DNA of 64,000 nucleotides from Yuukianura sp. NJ FZ-2021. Taxonomy: Eukaryota. Shown here one piece after another: positions 13,130 through 25,733 of the stretch (the stretch's first letter is position 1; each line of letters opens with the position of its first letter). Both the position numbers and the translations under genes were made by a program. The notes beneath the pieces are model-generated. The model was not told the origin of the DNA and did no database searches. It saw nothing but the letters and a program-made list of their open reading frames with translations. The DNA lies in NCBI GenBank assembly GCA_046563655.1, contig CM102290.1, positions 8,618,001-8,682,000 of the forward strand, in the 5' to 3' direction.

Positions 13130-14591
13130 ATGGAGTCCCGTCTTCAGCGTACTGGACGCCGCTACACTCCCTTGGAAGAGCTAATCATCAGTACCTTTCA
13201 GAAAATGAAGGCCGAAGGGTCCACTACTGTACGACTTACCGACGGCATACTCGCGAGTAAACCTCGTCAACCTTCTACGGTAAGCACCAGTCAGTATAAC
13301 TTAAAAATTTGAAGATTTTTGTTTCAACGATGATGATTAGGTGATCCCAACCGCTGAAACGTGTGTGAAAACGATCTTTTTTATTTGTTTTAGGAGCGGA
13401 ACTTGGAAGCACAGCCACGACCCATACTTCAAGTGGAAGCACAGCCCCGCCCTATGCTGCAAATTGAACCACAGCCGCGTCAAATAGAACCACTGGAACC
13501 ACTGCCTCGTGAAATGCCGCAACGTGACCCACAACTACGTGAAATGGCACCACTGGAACAACTGCCGCTTGAAATGCCGTACCAAGAAGACGACGACGAG
13601 CGGATTCAATGGCGCCCGATACCGCTCAAACTGGTCTACTTCAGCCAATTCACAGGAATGCCAATCGTTCAAGTAAACGGTCAACGCTTCTACGGTCCAC
13701 CACGCGACTACAATGAGCAACCCCCACCAAGAGGTAAGTCTCCGGAAATCCTTTGTGACCTTTGACGTTGACCTTCAACTTAAACGCAGAGGTCAAACTA
13801 CAATAGCTTAAAAGAGTTTCTTTATGTTACGCAGGTTCTGAAGTCTTCGTTGGAGCAATACCGCGGGACGCCGATGAAACTGAGCTGGTTCCCCTTTTTG
13901 GAAGCGTTGGAAAAATCTACCAAATTCGTCTAATGATGGACTTCAGTGGAACCAATCGTGGATTCTGCTTCGTCCAGTACTTTTCTCCAGTGGAAGCAAC
14001 CATGGCTATCAACAAACTGAACAAGTTTGAAATCCGTCCAGGTAAATCATTCTAAACGAACCAACTTAGATATGGACAATATTAGAACTCGATATTGTAT
14101 TGATATCCTAAGTATCGATGCAGCAATACTTAGGGCACCCATACATCACAACGGCTAATGCATCATGAAAGCAAATAACCATTCTTGACTAATGCCAAAA
14201 CTTTGATTGGTTTCAGGGAAGCGGATTGGCGTATTTCGGTCCGTCGAAAACAACAAGCTCCATTTGAGTGGAGTTGCAAGAGTCCTTACGGCACGTGACA
14301 TCTACGAAGATTTGTCCAGAGTCAGCCCAGGCGTCGTCACCGTGTCGTTAATCAAACGAGTTCAGACTAACGATGGACAATTTAACACTGCAATTGTGGA
14401 GTATGAGTCACACAGGTATAAAACTAACGTTTCAAAATCTTATAATTTTTTAATTCAAAACCGAAAGTATATTTTGGATTTTGTGTTGCAGGACTGCAGC
14501 AATGGCTCGTCGTTATCTGATCCCTGGTGGACATACTATCAACGGCTACCCAGTCAACATAGAGTGGGCCGCTCCAAATCGCTTCAAGTAA
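13130..14591 (+). CDS. Two-RRM RNA-binding protein of the A1CF/RBM46/RBM47/Dead end family
   Basis: Spliced translation has [64 protein letters not shown] and [17 protein letters not shown]...IEWAAP, then a stop at 14589-14591. Confidence 0.85.
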
Positions 14592-15155
14592 ATCCACGAT
14601 CGGTGAAAATTTCCGACGAGTGGCAAACAGACGACAACTCTAATAGATTTAGGGGCGATGTGTAATGGATTAATTTATGATACATTTATGTGGATAGATT
14701 CTATTTATTTCCGTTAGGCTCCTTTAGTTGTTTAATTAATTAACTGTTATATTAACGTAAACCTGCATGACGCTTGTATTTTTGTAACTGTTCGCTTTCT
14801 CTGGTTTTCCGTTTCCAGTAACTTATGTCGTTTCTATGTTCTCAATGATCTCCATGTTTAAGATTCTGATTGGTGATAATTAATTTTTATTGAATTTAAC
14901 TGCGACGGATTTATTATTTAATTTTTGATTCAATAAATTTATTTCCGTAACACCAAACTGTTTGTAGTGGTTCAAAATTTTTTAAGTGACTTACTTTTTT
15001 AAGTGTTGGAGTTATTTGGAAATTTGAAGTCAAATTTTGTATTTTGCTTAGACTTAATTTATGAACTGTTGAGTAACTTTAACTTTTAAGCAGGTTTCTG
15101 CAAAATTGATTTGAAGAGAGTATTTTTTTACACAAATTTTTGGAACTAGAATTCT

Positions 15156-17423
15156 TCAGAGCCATTTCCAGTTGTGAATGACAGGGGTAAATTCAAATCT
15201 TTGCGGGTGACCATAGTGTTTTATGTCTTTGGCATCGGTTGTTGACCAGTCAAAGACAGGAAGGGGGTCATATGTTGGTCCAGCAATGGCAACAAACTGT
15301 TGCAATAGCGACAGGTCCAGGTTTGTTAGTTTCATGTCAATTCCGGCGCTGCTGCGATGCCCTACAATTCAACATGAACGTCAAAACCAGTAGTATACAC
15401 AGCGGAATCAACATTACAACGAACCTAGAATTGGAAACGGGTAAGTCCCATTGGCTGGATTCAAGTCTCCACGGGAAGAAATGGCAGCGACGGCACTGTA
15501 TGGTGGGTTGCAGTCACACTTGGAGAATTCGTCATGTTGGTAGTCATTGTAACGCATGAGCTTCATCATGGACTCCATGTCTTCTACATTGGATTGGTCA
15601 CGAGCAAAGATTTTGGCACGAGGAGTGGACTCGAATGTGAAGAAGTCACCGTATTTGGCCACCATCTTGGGCGTGCCACTGGCTTCGAAGATTTCTTTGA
15701 AGAATGGAACGTTGTAGGAGGCGAAGTATCCATTGTTCTTCAAAGTCATCGTTTCATCTCTGGCTACAATCATTCCTGGACAACAAAACATTAGGTAAAT
15801 ATTTTTTGAAAAAAAAAATAAAAAATAAATTTTTTTGATAGTTTTTTGGTACCTGGAAGTTGCTCCAAAACCCAGAACACTTTTGAGTCGCCCATTGCCC
15901 GTCCAGGAGTAAAGTAATTGTAGTCAAGGATCATCCACTGATTGTTGTACGTTCCTAAAAAAATTCGAATACAATTTTGAAACAGCAAAATTTATATACC
16001 ATTAAAAAAAATTCCGGAATTTTTTTGTCGTCAAAAATTTTAAGCTCAAAGCATTTCTTACCGGAATTGTAGCGCGTAAATAGTTTTGTCCACATTTCGC
16101 TGTTTTGTGCCAATCGATTTGCCACCATTGTTCGAATTCCGACAAAAAGCTATAAAACGAAACGCATTCATTTTAAAAATTAAGAATTGCAATTACTTCA
16201 AAAAATTATTGTTACCGAGTTGGTCGGTTCGACATGGGCCCACAAGTCGTTGTTGTAGTTGACAATAGTCGTTTCCATTACAGCTAATCCACTGGACAAG
16301 ACATAAAAGTCGTCCATGCTAGTGACCATTCCCGGGTAGGAACTGAAACTGATGCTTTGTGCTGGAACGATTCGGCTCCCTTTTTCCGCTGAAAGATGGT
16401 AACCAAAGTCATATCGCTTGATGACTCGCAACATGCTGGATAAGCTGTTCCATGAGTCATGGGCAAAGTAAATGTCGTGATCTCCAATGATCTTGATGAG
16501 AGCAGAACAGTGAGTAGGGCGCATCATCATGGACGGTTGATCTTTGTGTGGATTTAAAGCAGCTTCCAAGTCCATTAAATCTCCCAAGATGTTCATCATT
16601 CTAAAACACAGCAAAAAAATTGAAATATCGAAAACTTAAATTCCAAAAAAAGTTAAGCTTACACAAAATCCATATCGGGAATGGATTTGCCGGTTCCGTT
16701 AGCCGCCATATTGAATCCTAGCATTACTCCTTCAACTTGCTTTGTGACCAAAACGGCTTGGTGCCAATAAGCTGTTTTGTTATTGGCGTTCTTTTGCATC
16801 CATTTCAAATTGGCGTTGACGTATTTGTAAATGTACTTGCAAAGTACTGGCTTGTCGTTGCAGTAGTCTTTGATTCCGTTGCGCCATGAATCGTAAATCA
16901 AGTCGCGCGTCAAGTAGCCTTCTGAGATTCCGGCAGCTACAGCCTGCATGTCATCGGCCCAAGACGACTTTGTTTCCACTTCGAGATACGCCCATCTAAA
17001 GACATAATTCAAAAATCAAATTTCAATTTTGAAAAAAGTTTCTGTTTCAGTCATACCCTGTTTTGTTGACCATGTTCTGATAATGGGCCTTTGCAATCCA
17101 ATCCAAGTTGTCCGGAGCTGCCAAGCTCAACGCCGCATTAAAAAGCTGTATTAAAAAGTACAAGTTTCGCATTCGAATCTCACGACAAAATTTTGGAATA
17201 AAAAAAGCAAACGAAATTTTACTTTGACTTCGTAGCCTTTCTCCTTTGACCAAAATACGTAACACGTTCGGCCATGGATATGCGGCGGTGGAGCTGCCGG
17301 AGTTTCATATGTTACAGGGGATACGTTTAGCACATCGGCACCGACTGAGATGCTCTCTTCTGCAAAAGCAATCGACAGAAGCAAAATGGCGGCTGTCACT
17401 GCGGCAAACCACGATTGCTTCAT
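15156..17423 (-). CDS. PLBD2: Phospholipase B-like 2 (lysosomal Ntn-hydrolase)
   Basis: Signal peptide MKQSWFAAVTAAILLLSIAFA. Motifs WAYLEVET, HCSALIK (nucleophile Cys), FSSYPG, DDFY, GTYNNQWM, SYNVPFF, PRAKIFARD, MRYND, AISSRGDLN. Confidence 0.92.
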
Positions 17424-18814
17424 ATTGCAAACCAAAGAACTGGAAATTTTTTAGAAGAAAGACTCAGACTGAAGAGTTGCTCGAAGGAACAGAGCTTCGC
17501 TACTGAACAAATAGTCCACAATCTTTTAGATTTTCTACTGAGATTGTAGTAGGGTGGTTGAATTTATGAAAAACAGAGTCAGAAAAGTGCCACACAATGG
17601 GTATATACAAACGGGGTGGAAAACCAAAATAAAGTCAAATCGGCTTACAAGTGGTTCATATCATTCGAGCAAGGTCAGAGGGCAACTTGCTGACGCTAGC
17701 AACTTATTTCTTTATTTCAAACCGTCCAAAACATGTCAAAACCAACTCAACTAACCTAAAACATTACTTGACCTCTTGACCTTTTGAGTCTGCTCAAAAT
17801 CAACCTCGGACAAAACTGTCATACTGATAGTCAGAAAAACGTCAGTGCATGGTTAGCGTCAAGAAAGTTTTGAAAATATTGCAAATCCTGTTATTAGCTA
17901 AAATGCAGACAGTCATTTCTGTAAAGGAAAAGTTTTGTAACTTTTCAGACAATTTTTTATGAATGTTCAGCCTTAAATTCTTAAAACTTTGATAATTTTC
18001 TGGTACGCCGCTGTAAGTAACTTTAGCTGTTTTCAAAAATTTTGAAGTTGAGTAATCCTGGAAACCTATTAGCTACATGTCCCATATTGTGGTCGGTGCA
18101 TTTGTATATGCAATTTAACTGGATGTCCATTTAAGCCTCCATTTCAACTTACTCAAAAGCATTCAAGAGAAGTTGTAAAAATAAAAAGGTGACCTTGAAT
18201 TTTTTTTAAACCGGTTTTGAATGTCCAGTGACAAAATGCCCTCTAGCGCAACTGTCATGGTATGCATGTTTTAACTATAAAAAAAATTTCCTGAAATATA
18301 ACATACGCTACGTTAGTAATTAAATCAGTAGGTTGATCTCCTATTTGAAATAGAGGTCAAGAGAGGTCACATATATTATCCTACCGCTTTAGCTTCTTAG
18401 TTTTAAAAACAATGGACACAAAACGCTAAGTCGATAAACAAAATCTTTGAACGAGCGTAGGGGCCCTTTTTGGTAAAACTCTTTGAAACGCTAAGAAGAC
18501 AAAGACTCGGTTAAATTGTTTTGTGCAAGCTATTTTGTAATGCTGAACATAGTTCAAATTACCGGACCGGGTCTTGTAGTACAATCCAATATGCAATGGG
18601 AAATAAAAATTTATAGAAGTCATAAGCATAGCTCAAGCTAAAAATATACCACTCGGACAACAACAAATGACAATCTTGTTTTTTGAGAAAAAAGCTTTTC
18701 AAATGTTTATTACAAATTCAGGATTTTGAGAATATTATAACACTAGTCGATGTTAAAGATTTTTATTGAAAATGTTCTTGGTTTGTTAGATGCTGATCCA
18801 GAAGTTGGACATGT

Positions 18815-19128
18815 TTAAATGCATCGGTGATTGCAGTTGCCGCCTGAGTAATCGTTGCAGCATGTTTTGCCCTGCTGTCCGCAACTGACTCGACCACTCC
18901 GACACGGTTCAACGAAACATGCAACGTTTGGCTCGCGTGCAGTTCCAGGACAGTCATCTTCGGCTAAAAGTTTACCAAAGATAACATATTAGAGCAAAAT
19001 TTCTTTAATTTCGGTTTTTAAAAACACAGTTTTTCAAATTGCCAAATTCGTTTGTCAGGTATACCTTCGACTGAAGCGAAAATGGCGCCGATGAGCAAAA
19101 GTGGAAGGATAACTTTGACGAATTGCAT
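18815..19128 (-). CDS. 70-aa secreted 8-cysteine peptide, WAP/four-disulfide-core-like
   Basis: Exon 1 19128-19065 plus exon 2 18963-18815, joined by a phase-1 GT-AG intron: MQFVKVILPLLLIGAIFASVEA-EDDCPGTAREPNVACFVEPCRSGRVSCGQQGKTCCNDYSGGNCNHRCI*. AATAAA ~50 nt downstream (18767-18762). Confidence 0.8.
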
Positions 19129-20498
19129 GATTGCTTGTTGGCTTGCTTCTTTTCGGGGTTCTTGTTTCGCTAAATTAGAAATGGAAAGTGTTGAGTATTC
19201 CCTGAGCAAAAGGCCTTTAAATTCAAACCGGTCTAGGGAAATCCAAACGCGTGTCAAAATTAGTGTTAATTGAATTAACAAGTCAGAAAACACTTTCAGA
19301 AACCTTGAACGTATTCAATTTCTCATAATCCATTCTTTACCAATTGTACTTACCAACGTTGTTCTTACATTTATTTAGCCCTATTGTGATCATACAACCC
19401 TCTTGTTCAACGTTGTCCGAGGTGAGCACTTTTTGCTTAAAATAGCTGCTCTTCAAACAAGTTGTTAAATTGGTTAAAACCACTACGGTAAAGTATCAAT
19501 TCAAAAGAAATGATGACTGAAGATGTGGTTTTTAATGGTTAAATACTTGGGATTGTTCGGAGACTAATTTAAAATGTTTCCAAGCACCTTGGAATTCTGT
19601 TCACACTAATAACAATTGGTGGAAATTTACGGATTTATACTTTGTCACTTGTGTCAACAACTGAACTATGGTATAATACGTGATAAAATCCATCGGCAAA
19701 CAGATACAGCATTTTTCCTAAAAGCATCACAATAGATTAGCCAACAATGACTCATTTTAAGGCATTCATAAAGCCAAATCTATTCCGGGAAGTTACGTGA
19801 ATTTAGGTTAGTCTTTACCAAGCTCTTCCACTGTTGCTTATTTTTGAAAAATCTGTTATTACGTATGAAAGCAAAGCTAAGAGAATAATATCATGAAATG
19901 TTTACTGCTTAAAATTCACAACTTCAAAGTCCAGAAATGCTTAATTGTATACCTATGCGAACTTTGTGAATCCCTGCTATGAACAATCTATTTTTAGTAA
20001 AAATGATTTTGGATTGCTTTTAGCACCTCTTCGCAAAAGTCATTCAAAACCATTCCAGTATTTTTGATAACCTGGATAAACATCAACAAAAACAATGGAA
20101 ATCGTACCTTGTTTCTAGTTAGTAATGAAAACTTAAAGGCTTTATTAAATTTCGGGTGGCGAATCAATTGGTTCAATTCACAGCCTCCTATTACAAACCG
20201 CTTGGAAGTTTTTTCTCCCTGTACTTCGCTAAAATTATACAAATATGTTTGTACTACTGGTGGTAAATACTTCTCGGAATTCCATTCACTACCAAATTAG
20301 CAATTTCTTTAACCGTCACTATTTGTGTTCATGTCCTGCTTCTTTTAAGAAATGAAAGGAAGAGGTGGTAATTAATTAGAAGTCGGACTTCTTAGAAATA
20401 TTGAGTCATTCGAAATATGATTCCAAGTAGAAACTAATAGTTCATTAATAAATTCAATTCGAATATGTTCGCATTTGGTTTCGTGTGAGCTAAAGAAA

Positions 20499-20533
20499 GT
20501 ACTTTTGCTTCCTATCGTAGGAAGCAAAAGTAC
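20499..20533. repeat. Perfect 16-bp inverted repeat with 3-nt loop
   Basis: GTACTTTTGCTTCCTA-TCG-TAGGAAGCAAAAGTAC. Confidence 0.9.
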
Positions 20534-21358
20534 AGTTACAATTATCAACTTTGAAAACTTCCAAATTGAAGTTAAAAATGAAACATACCAAAACAGTGAA
20601 AACCAAAATAAAATATTTCAGTAAGGAAATAAACTTGTTGAAAATTTTAGAAATTTATTTTGAAAAGTACAAAGTTTTCTGTTTTGCCAAGAGGGAAGGA
20701 ATGATAGAGTTTAAAGAAAATTCAATAATTTGCAGCGGTAGCGTTGTGCCTTTCCAAATCCTGGACAGCATGCGGCATCTGTAGTTCAGTGACATAAAAC
20801 TCTTTTTTATGAAATTAAAAGAATGGTTTGGGTAAGGTTTAACGACAGTCATTGTAGCCACACAGTGTAGCCATTCGCGATTTTCAGTGGCTACACTGTG
20901 CGGCAACTTCCGTGCCAGTTTAGGTTAGGTTGGATTAAAGTGGATAATTAAGTTGTCACTCTGCTGTAGCCACGCATTGTAGCCACTAAAAGGGGCAGAG
21001 TGTCTACACTGTGTAGCCTTAATGTTCGTTAAAAACGTATCGCCACCAAAAATAGAGGAATTGTATTGGCAATTGAGCCAACAAAATCTAAAAATGGCAA
21101 TTGAGAAACTAAGATTGGCTGTCAATGGCATTTGCATTTGAGGGAGAGTGGAATGAGATGGTTTTCTACCCCCTCTTCTTGCACGCCTTTCCTTCTATCC
21201 AGAAGAATCTTTTGAGTCATTCATTGTTATTCCAATTTAATCGTTTTTACCCGGTGCTCTCCACTGATCACATCACATCAAACAAGTCACCAATTGTGGA
21301 CTACTCATTAGGGGATATACGAGTCATCATCTGATCGTCGCCTGTCACTGATCATACA

Positions 21359-23577
21359 ATGGTAAGCGGCTCAACGTTCATGTGTGTTTTGTTACTTTTA
21401 TAGAATACCGTCGAGGCGGCAGCGGAACAATGTATACTAAAATTGTGTTAACGTCATGTTCATCAGTGAAACTATATTGAAACTGAAGATCACGAAATAA
21501 TTTTCTTTTTTTATTTACCAAATACAGCAACCACAAATTATTCTTTTGCGAGAGGGCACGGAGACTTCCCAAGGAAAACCTCAGCTGATTTCTAACATAA
21601 ATGCCTGTCAAGCTGTCGTTGAAGCTCTTCGGACAACGTTGGGTCCAAGAGGAATGGACAAGTTGATTGTTGGTTCGAATGGAAAAGCCACAATTTCCAA
21701 TGACGGTGCCACAATTATGAAGCAACTCAACATTGTTCATCCGGCAGCCAAGAGCCTGGTTGACATAGCAAGATCTCAAGATTCTGAGGTAACTACGTTC
21801 GCTGCTGTCTGAATAAATGTAGAAGCAAAAAAGCATGATCGAGTAATCGTTTTCTTTTGTCTACAGGTTGGTGATGGAACTACAAGCGTCGTTCTTTTGG
21901 CAGGGGAATTTCTAAAGCAGGTTAAGGTGTTCATCGAGGACGGTGTCCATCCACGCGTCATTGCCAAGGCTCTTCGCAAAGCGATTGACCTTGCCATTGC
22001 GCGAATCAAGGAGTTGGCGGTTCCCGTGAAACACGAAGATTCAGCTGAGCACTTTGCTTTACTGGAAAAGTGTGCTTCGACCGCTTTGAGTTCAAAGTTG
22101 ATTCACCAACAGAAGCACTTCTTTGGAAAAATGGCTGTAGATGCAGTCATGCAGCTGGATGATCTCATGCCACTTGATATGATTGGAATCAAGAAGGTGC
22201 CTGGTGGAGCACTGGAGGACTCTTTTCTTGTTGCTGGCGTGGCCTTCAAAAAGACGTTCTCTTATGCTGGGTTTGAAATGCAGCCGAAGAAATACGACAA
22301 CCCGAAGATTGCCATGTTGAACATCGAATTAGAACTCAAAGCAGAGCGAGATAACGCTGAGATTCGTCTGGAGAAGGTTGAGGTAAGGCTAAGGTTATAT
22401 TTCAATTTCGATGGGCCCTTTGGAATATTCGAATATTCCATATTCTAAAATCTTTATTGTATACACAGGAGTACCAAAAAATCATTGACGCGGAGTGGGA
22501 AATCCTGTATGACAAACTGGAAAAGATTCACAAGAGTGGGGCTCAAGTTGTTTTGTCCAAGTTACCAATTGGGGATGTGGCAACGCAATATTTCGCTGAT
22601 CGGTGAAAATTCCAACAATGAGTATAGAACTATCGAATATTGAATATTGTTGTGACTGAAACCATTTTTGTGTTCAATATTTGCAGCGATATGTTTTGTG
22701 CTGGACGTGTGGTGGACGAAGATCTGAAACGAACTATGAAGGCCTGTGGAGGATCAATTCTAACAACAGTGGGTGACTTGAACGACAAAACTTTGGGAAC
22801 ATGTCAGCATTTTGAAGAGAGACAAGTTGGTGGTGAAAGATTCAATTTATTCACCGGTTGTGCCCATGCAAAAACAGTAACCATCATTCTCCGTGGAGGT
22901 GCTCAACAATTCATGGACGAAACGGAACGGTCTCTTCATGATGCCATTATGATTGTACGGCGAGCGATGAAGAACGATGCAATTGTCGCTGGTAAAAACA
23001 AACTGACACTCGTTTTAGCTTCATAAGTTGGCAACAACTACTAATATTTCATATAATGTCTATTAGGAGGAGGTGCCATCGAAATGGAACTGTCAAAGTA
23101 CTTGCGAGAGTATTCCAGAAATATTGCCGGAAGAGAGCAGTTGCTTATTGGTGCCGTGGCTAAGGCACTTGAAATTATTCCGCGACAACTCTGTGACAAT
23201 GCTGGATTTGATGCTACGAACATTCTCAATAGACTTCGTCAGAGGCATGCACAAGGTTCGTGTGACTTTGAGATATTTAGAGTATAAATAGTAACTTCTA
23301 TGATGCTTCTCAGGCAAAATCTTAATGTTGAATAATTTTAGGAGACTGCTGGTACGGCGTGGACATTATGAAGGAGGATGTCGAAGACAATTTCAAGGCA
23401 TGCGTCTGGGAGCCTTCTATTGTAAAAATCAATGCTCTCATGGCAGCGACGGAGGCAGCCTGTCTCATTCTCTCTGTAGACGAAACGATCAAAAGTCCGA
23501 AGAGTGGAGATTCAGACATGTCTGCAAATAATCCTTATGCCGGTGGAGCTGGTGGGATGGGTGGCATGATGGGTTAA
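21359..23577 (+). CDS. CCT7: T-complex protein 1 subunit eta (chaperonin CCT7)
   Basis: First coding exon is ATG alone (21359-61, then GTAAGC). Exon 2 starts [16 protein letters not shown]. Motifs [47 protein letters not shown] and a GGMGGMMG tail. Confidence 0.96.
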
Positions 23578-23869
23578 GTTTACGTCTTTTTTGGATGAGA
23601 CAACGCTTTGGAATTTTAATAATACATTTATCTTTACACTTAACTTTTCTGCACCACTTAATACCAGTTGCTGTTAAAACTGTAAGTGTACCACCTCTTT
23701 GTTTAAAAAGCCACACCGCCTTATCCATCCATTACTAAGATTGAGAAAAATTGTTAGAATCTTTACTTACTAAAATTAGTAACATATTGGAATATTGCTA
23801 CAACTGCTTTGTCATAAAAAACTAATTTAAAATTTGATACACTGTGTATCTGAAAAAGTAGTTAGTAAC

Positions 23870-25302
23870 TTATTTGGCAATGACAATTAGTCCTGTTTCA
23901 TTTAGAGCAATGGGCTCATCCTCTTCAATGTCTTCACCAACTTCTGTTCCGATAATTTTAAAAATACGTTCAGGATTCAATCCCATTGGTCTAGAAACCT
24001 TAACAGTTAGGTCATCTAGGTCAATTTTCGTTCCAGCTCGAACTGGGCGTGCTGTCACAAGCGACTTGCCAAGCTTCTGTTGGCAGGGGACTTCCGAAGC
24101 CAAAATTTTCTGAAAATTTTGAAATTGTCAACACTCTAAAATTTTGTTGTTACACTTTTCAGTATACTTCACCTTGCAAGGAATTCCAAGTGCTTTCTCT
24201 ACCTCCCGAATTCCAGTTACCATAGTTGCCATTTCCGAAGGATCCAGGGAACACGCATGATCTGTTCCTTTTTGCGTTTTGTCTTTTGTAAAATGGCGCT
24301 CAATTATCTGCGCAAGACAACTACTATTGGTAATTCCTACACTATAAATTAACACTTACAATTGAAAAATGAAAGTTCTAATGAGATTACCTTTGCTCCT
24401 AGTGCAACTGCTGCCAGAGTGACACTAATTCCAGGTTCATGACCCGAGTATCCTATGACAGCATTTGGAAATTCCGATTTGTACAAGGCAAGGACACTCA
24501 GATTGACATCAGAAACTGGCGTTGGATAGGCCGAGACGCAGTGAAGAATGGCAAGTTCTTTGGAATGGTTCATAAAAATATCGTGGGCTTGACGAACTGT
24601 TGAAAAATGTTGCATTCCTGTTTAAAACATTGTCATATTCAGAATTTTTTTGTAGAATTTTTGAATTCGTTCTTACCAGTGGAAAGTACTGTTGGATACT
24701 TGTGTTTGGCAATGTGGTCAAGCAGTACAAAATTATTTCCGTCTCCAGAACCGATTTTGACGAAAGGAACGTTAAGGCTCATGAGGAAGTTTGCTGAAGG
24801 CTGAAAAGTAAACAAAATTGGACTTGAAAATTAACACATGGACATGGACGTAGTAGGAGGTCAAAGGTCATACAATGTCCATTGCCGAAGCAGTAAATGT
24901 AACTCCAACTTCGTTTTTTGCGTAGTCTTGAAGCTGTCGAAATTCGTCTTCCGAAAATTCCAAATGGGAACGATGTTCGCCATAGGATGAACCGAAAGCG
25001 TTCGGACTTTGATAGGGACATTGAAGCGTCTTTTGTGTAAAACGATGGCGTAGGCTACTCTTTTGGAATTTGACACAGTTAACGCCGCATTTCTAAAAAC
25101 AAAGTATGTTTGAAAATCAGTCTTGATGTTAAAATATGATTAAAAATGTTGGGTATTGTTATGTTATTTCTACTTTGGCCAATCGGATCAGTTCCTTGGC
25201 ATGGTCCAAATCTCCTTGATGATTTTGACCAATTTCGGCAACAATAAAACATGGACGGGATGCGCCAATCCCAACTTGGTCCAGAGTCCTACCGTTGGAC
25301 AT
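23870..25302 (-). CDS. NANS: Sialic acid (N-acetylneuraminate-9-phosphate) synthase with C-terminal AFP-like/SAF domain
   Basis: CFIVAEIGQNHQGDLDHAKELI, ILHCVSAYPT, IGYSGHEPG, IERHFT, GTDHACSLDP, KLGKSLVTAR. ATG 25302. Confidence 0.93.
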
Positions 25303-25445
25303 GTTCTTAACAATGTGCTAAAACTTAAATTTTGGAACAATTTTCCAGTAATGTCTTCATAAGTTCCGCATTAACTACAAACATAACCTAAAAAACACTG
25401 TCTAAAAGTACTTTTTTGTGTTTCTGAAGAATTGGTTTCTCGTGG

Positions 25446-25733
25446 TCAAATTACGGGAGTGAAAAAAGTTGCAAGAAAAACAACAAATCCTGGAATGACG
25501 AAAAGTGGGAAAAGTGCTGCTGCTACAGCTACTGGAAAGTAGCGACTAATTTTAATTCCATGAATTCGATAGTAGTCAATTGGTCCCAGTGGCTCCACAT
25601 TCACTTTGTCACTTTTCAATTTTCCAAAACTTTTTCCAAAATTAAATTGAACACAAGTTAAAAGCAAAAGCAGTAAAATAAAAACCAACTTCCTTTGAAC
25701 GTGTGGAAAATTAGTTGTCCGAAAAATGTTCAT
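25446..25733 (-). CDS. Putative 95-aa small membrane protein
   Basis: Uninterrupted ORF with AAAAATG start context and an upstream TTTTCAG acceptor. Two hydrophobic segments (LVFILLLLLLTCV; VAVAAALFPLFVIPGFVVFLATFF). No recognisable family. Confidence 0.5.
   Translation of the reverse strand: MNIFRTTNFPHVQRKLVFILLLLLLTCVQFNFGKSFGKLKSDKVNVEPLGPIDYYRIHGIKISRYFPVAVAAALFPLFVIPGFVVFLATFFTPVI

Noticed and set aside
19740..20340. Possible pseudogene or transposase fragment
   Set aside because: All frames are interrupted and no recognisable motif is present.
21359..21361. ATG-only first coding exon of CCT7 as a novelty
   Set aside because: Start-codon-only first exons are common in housekeeping genes.
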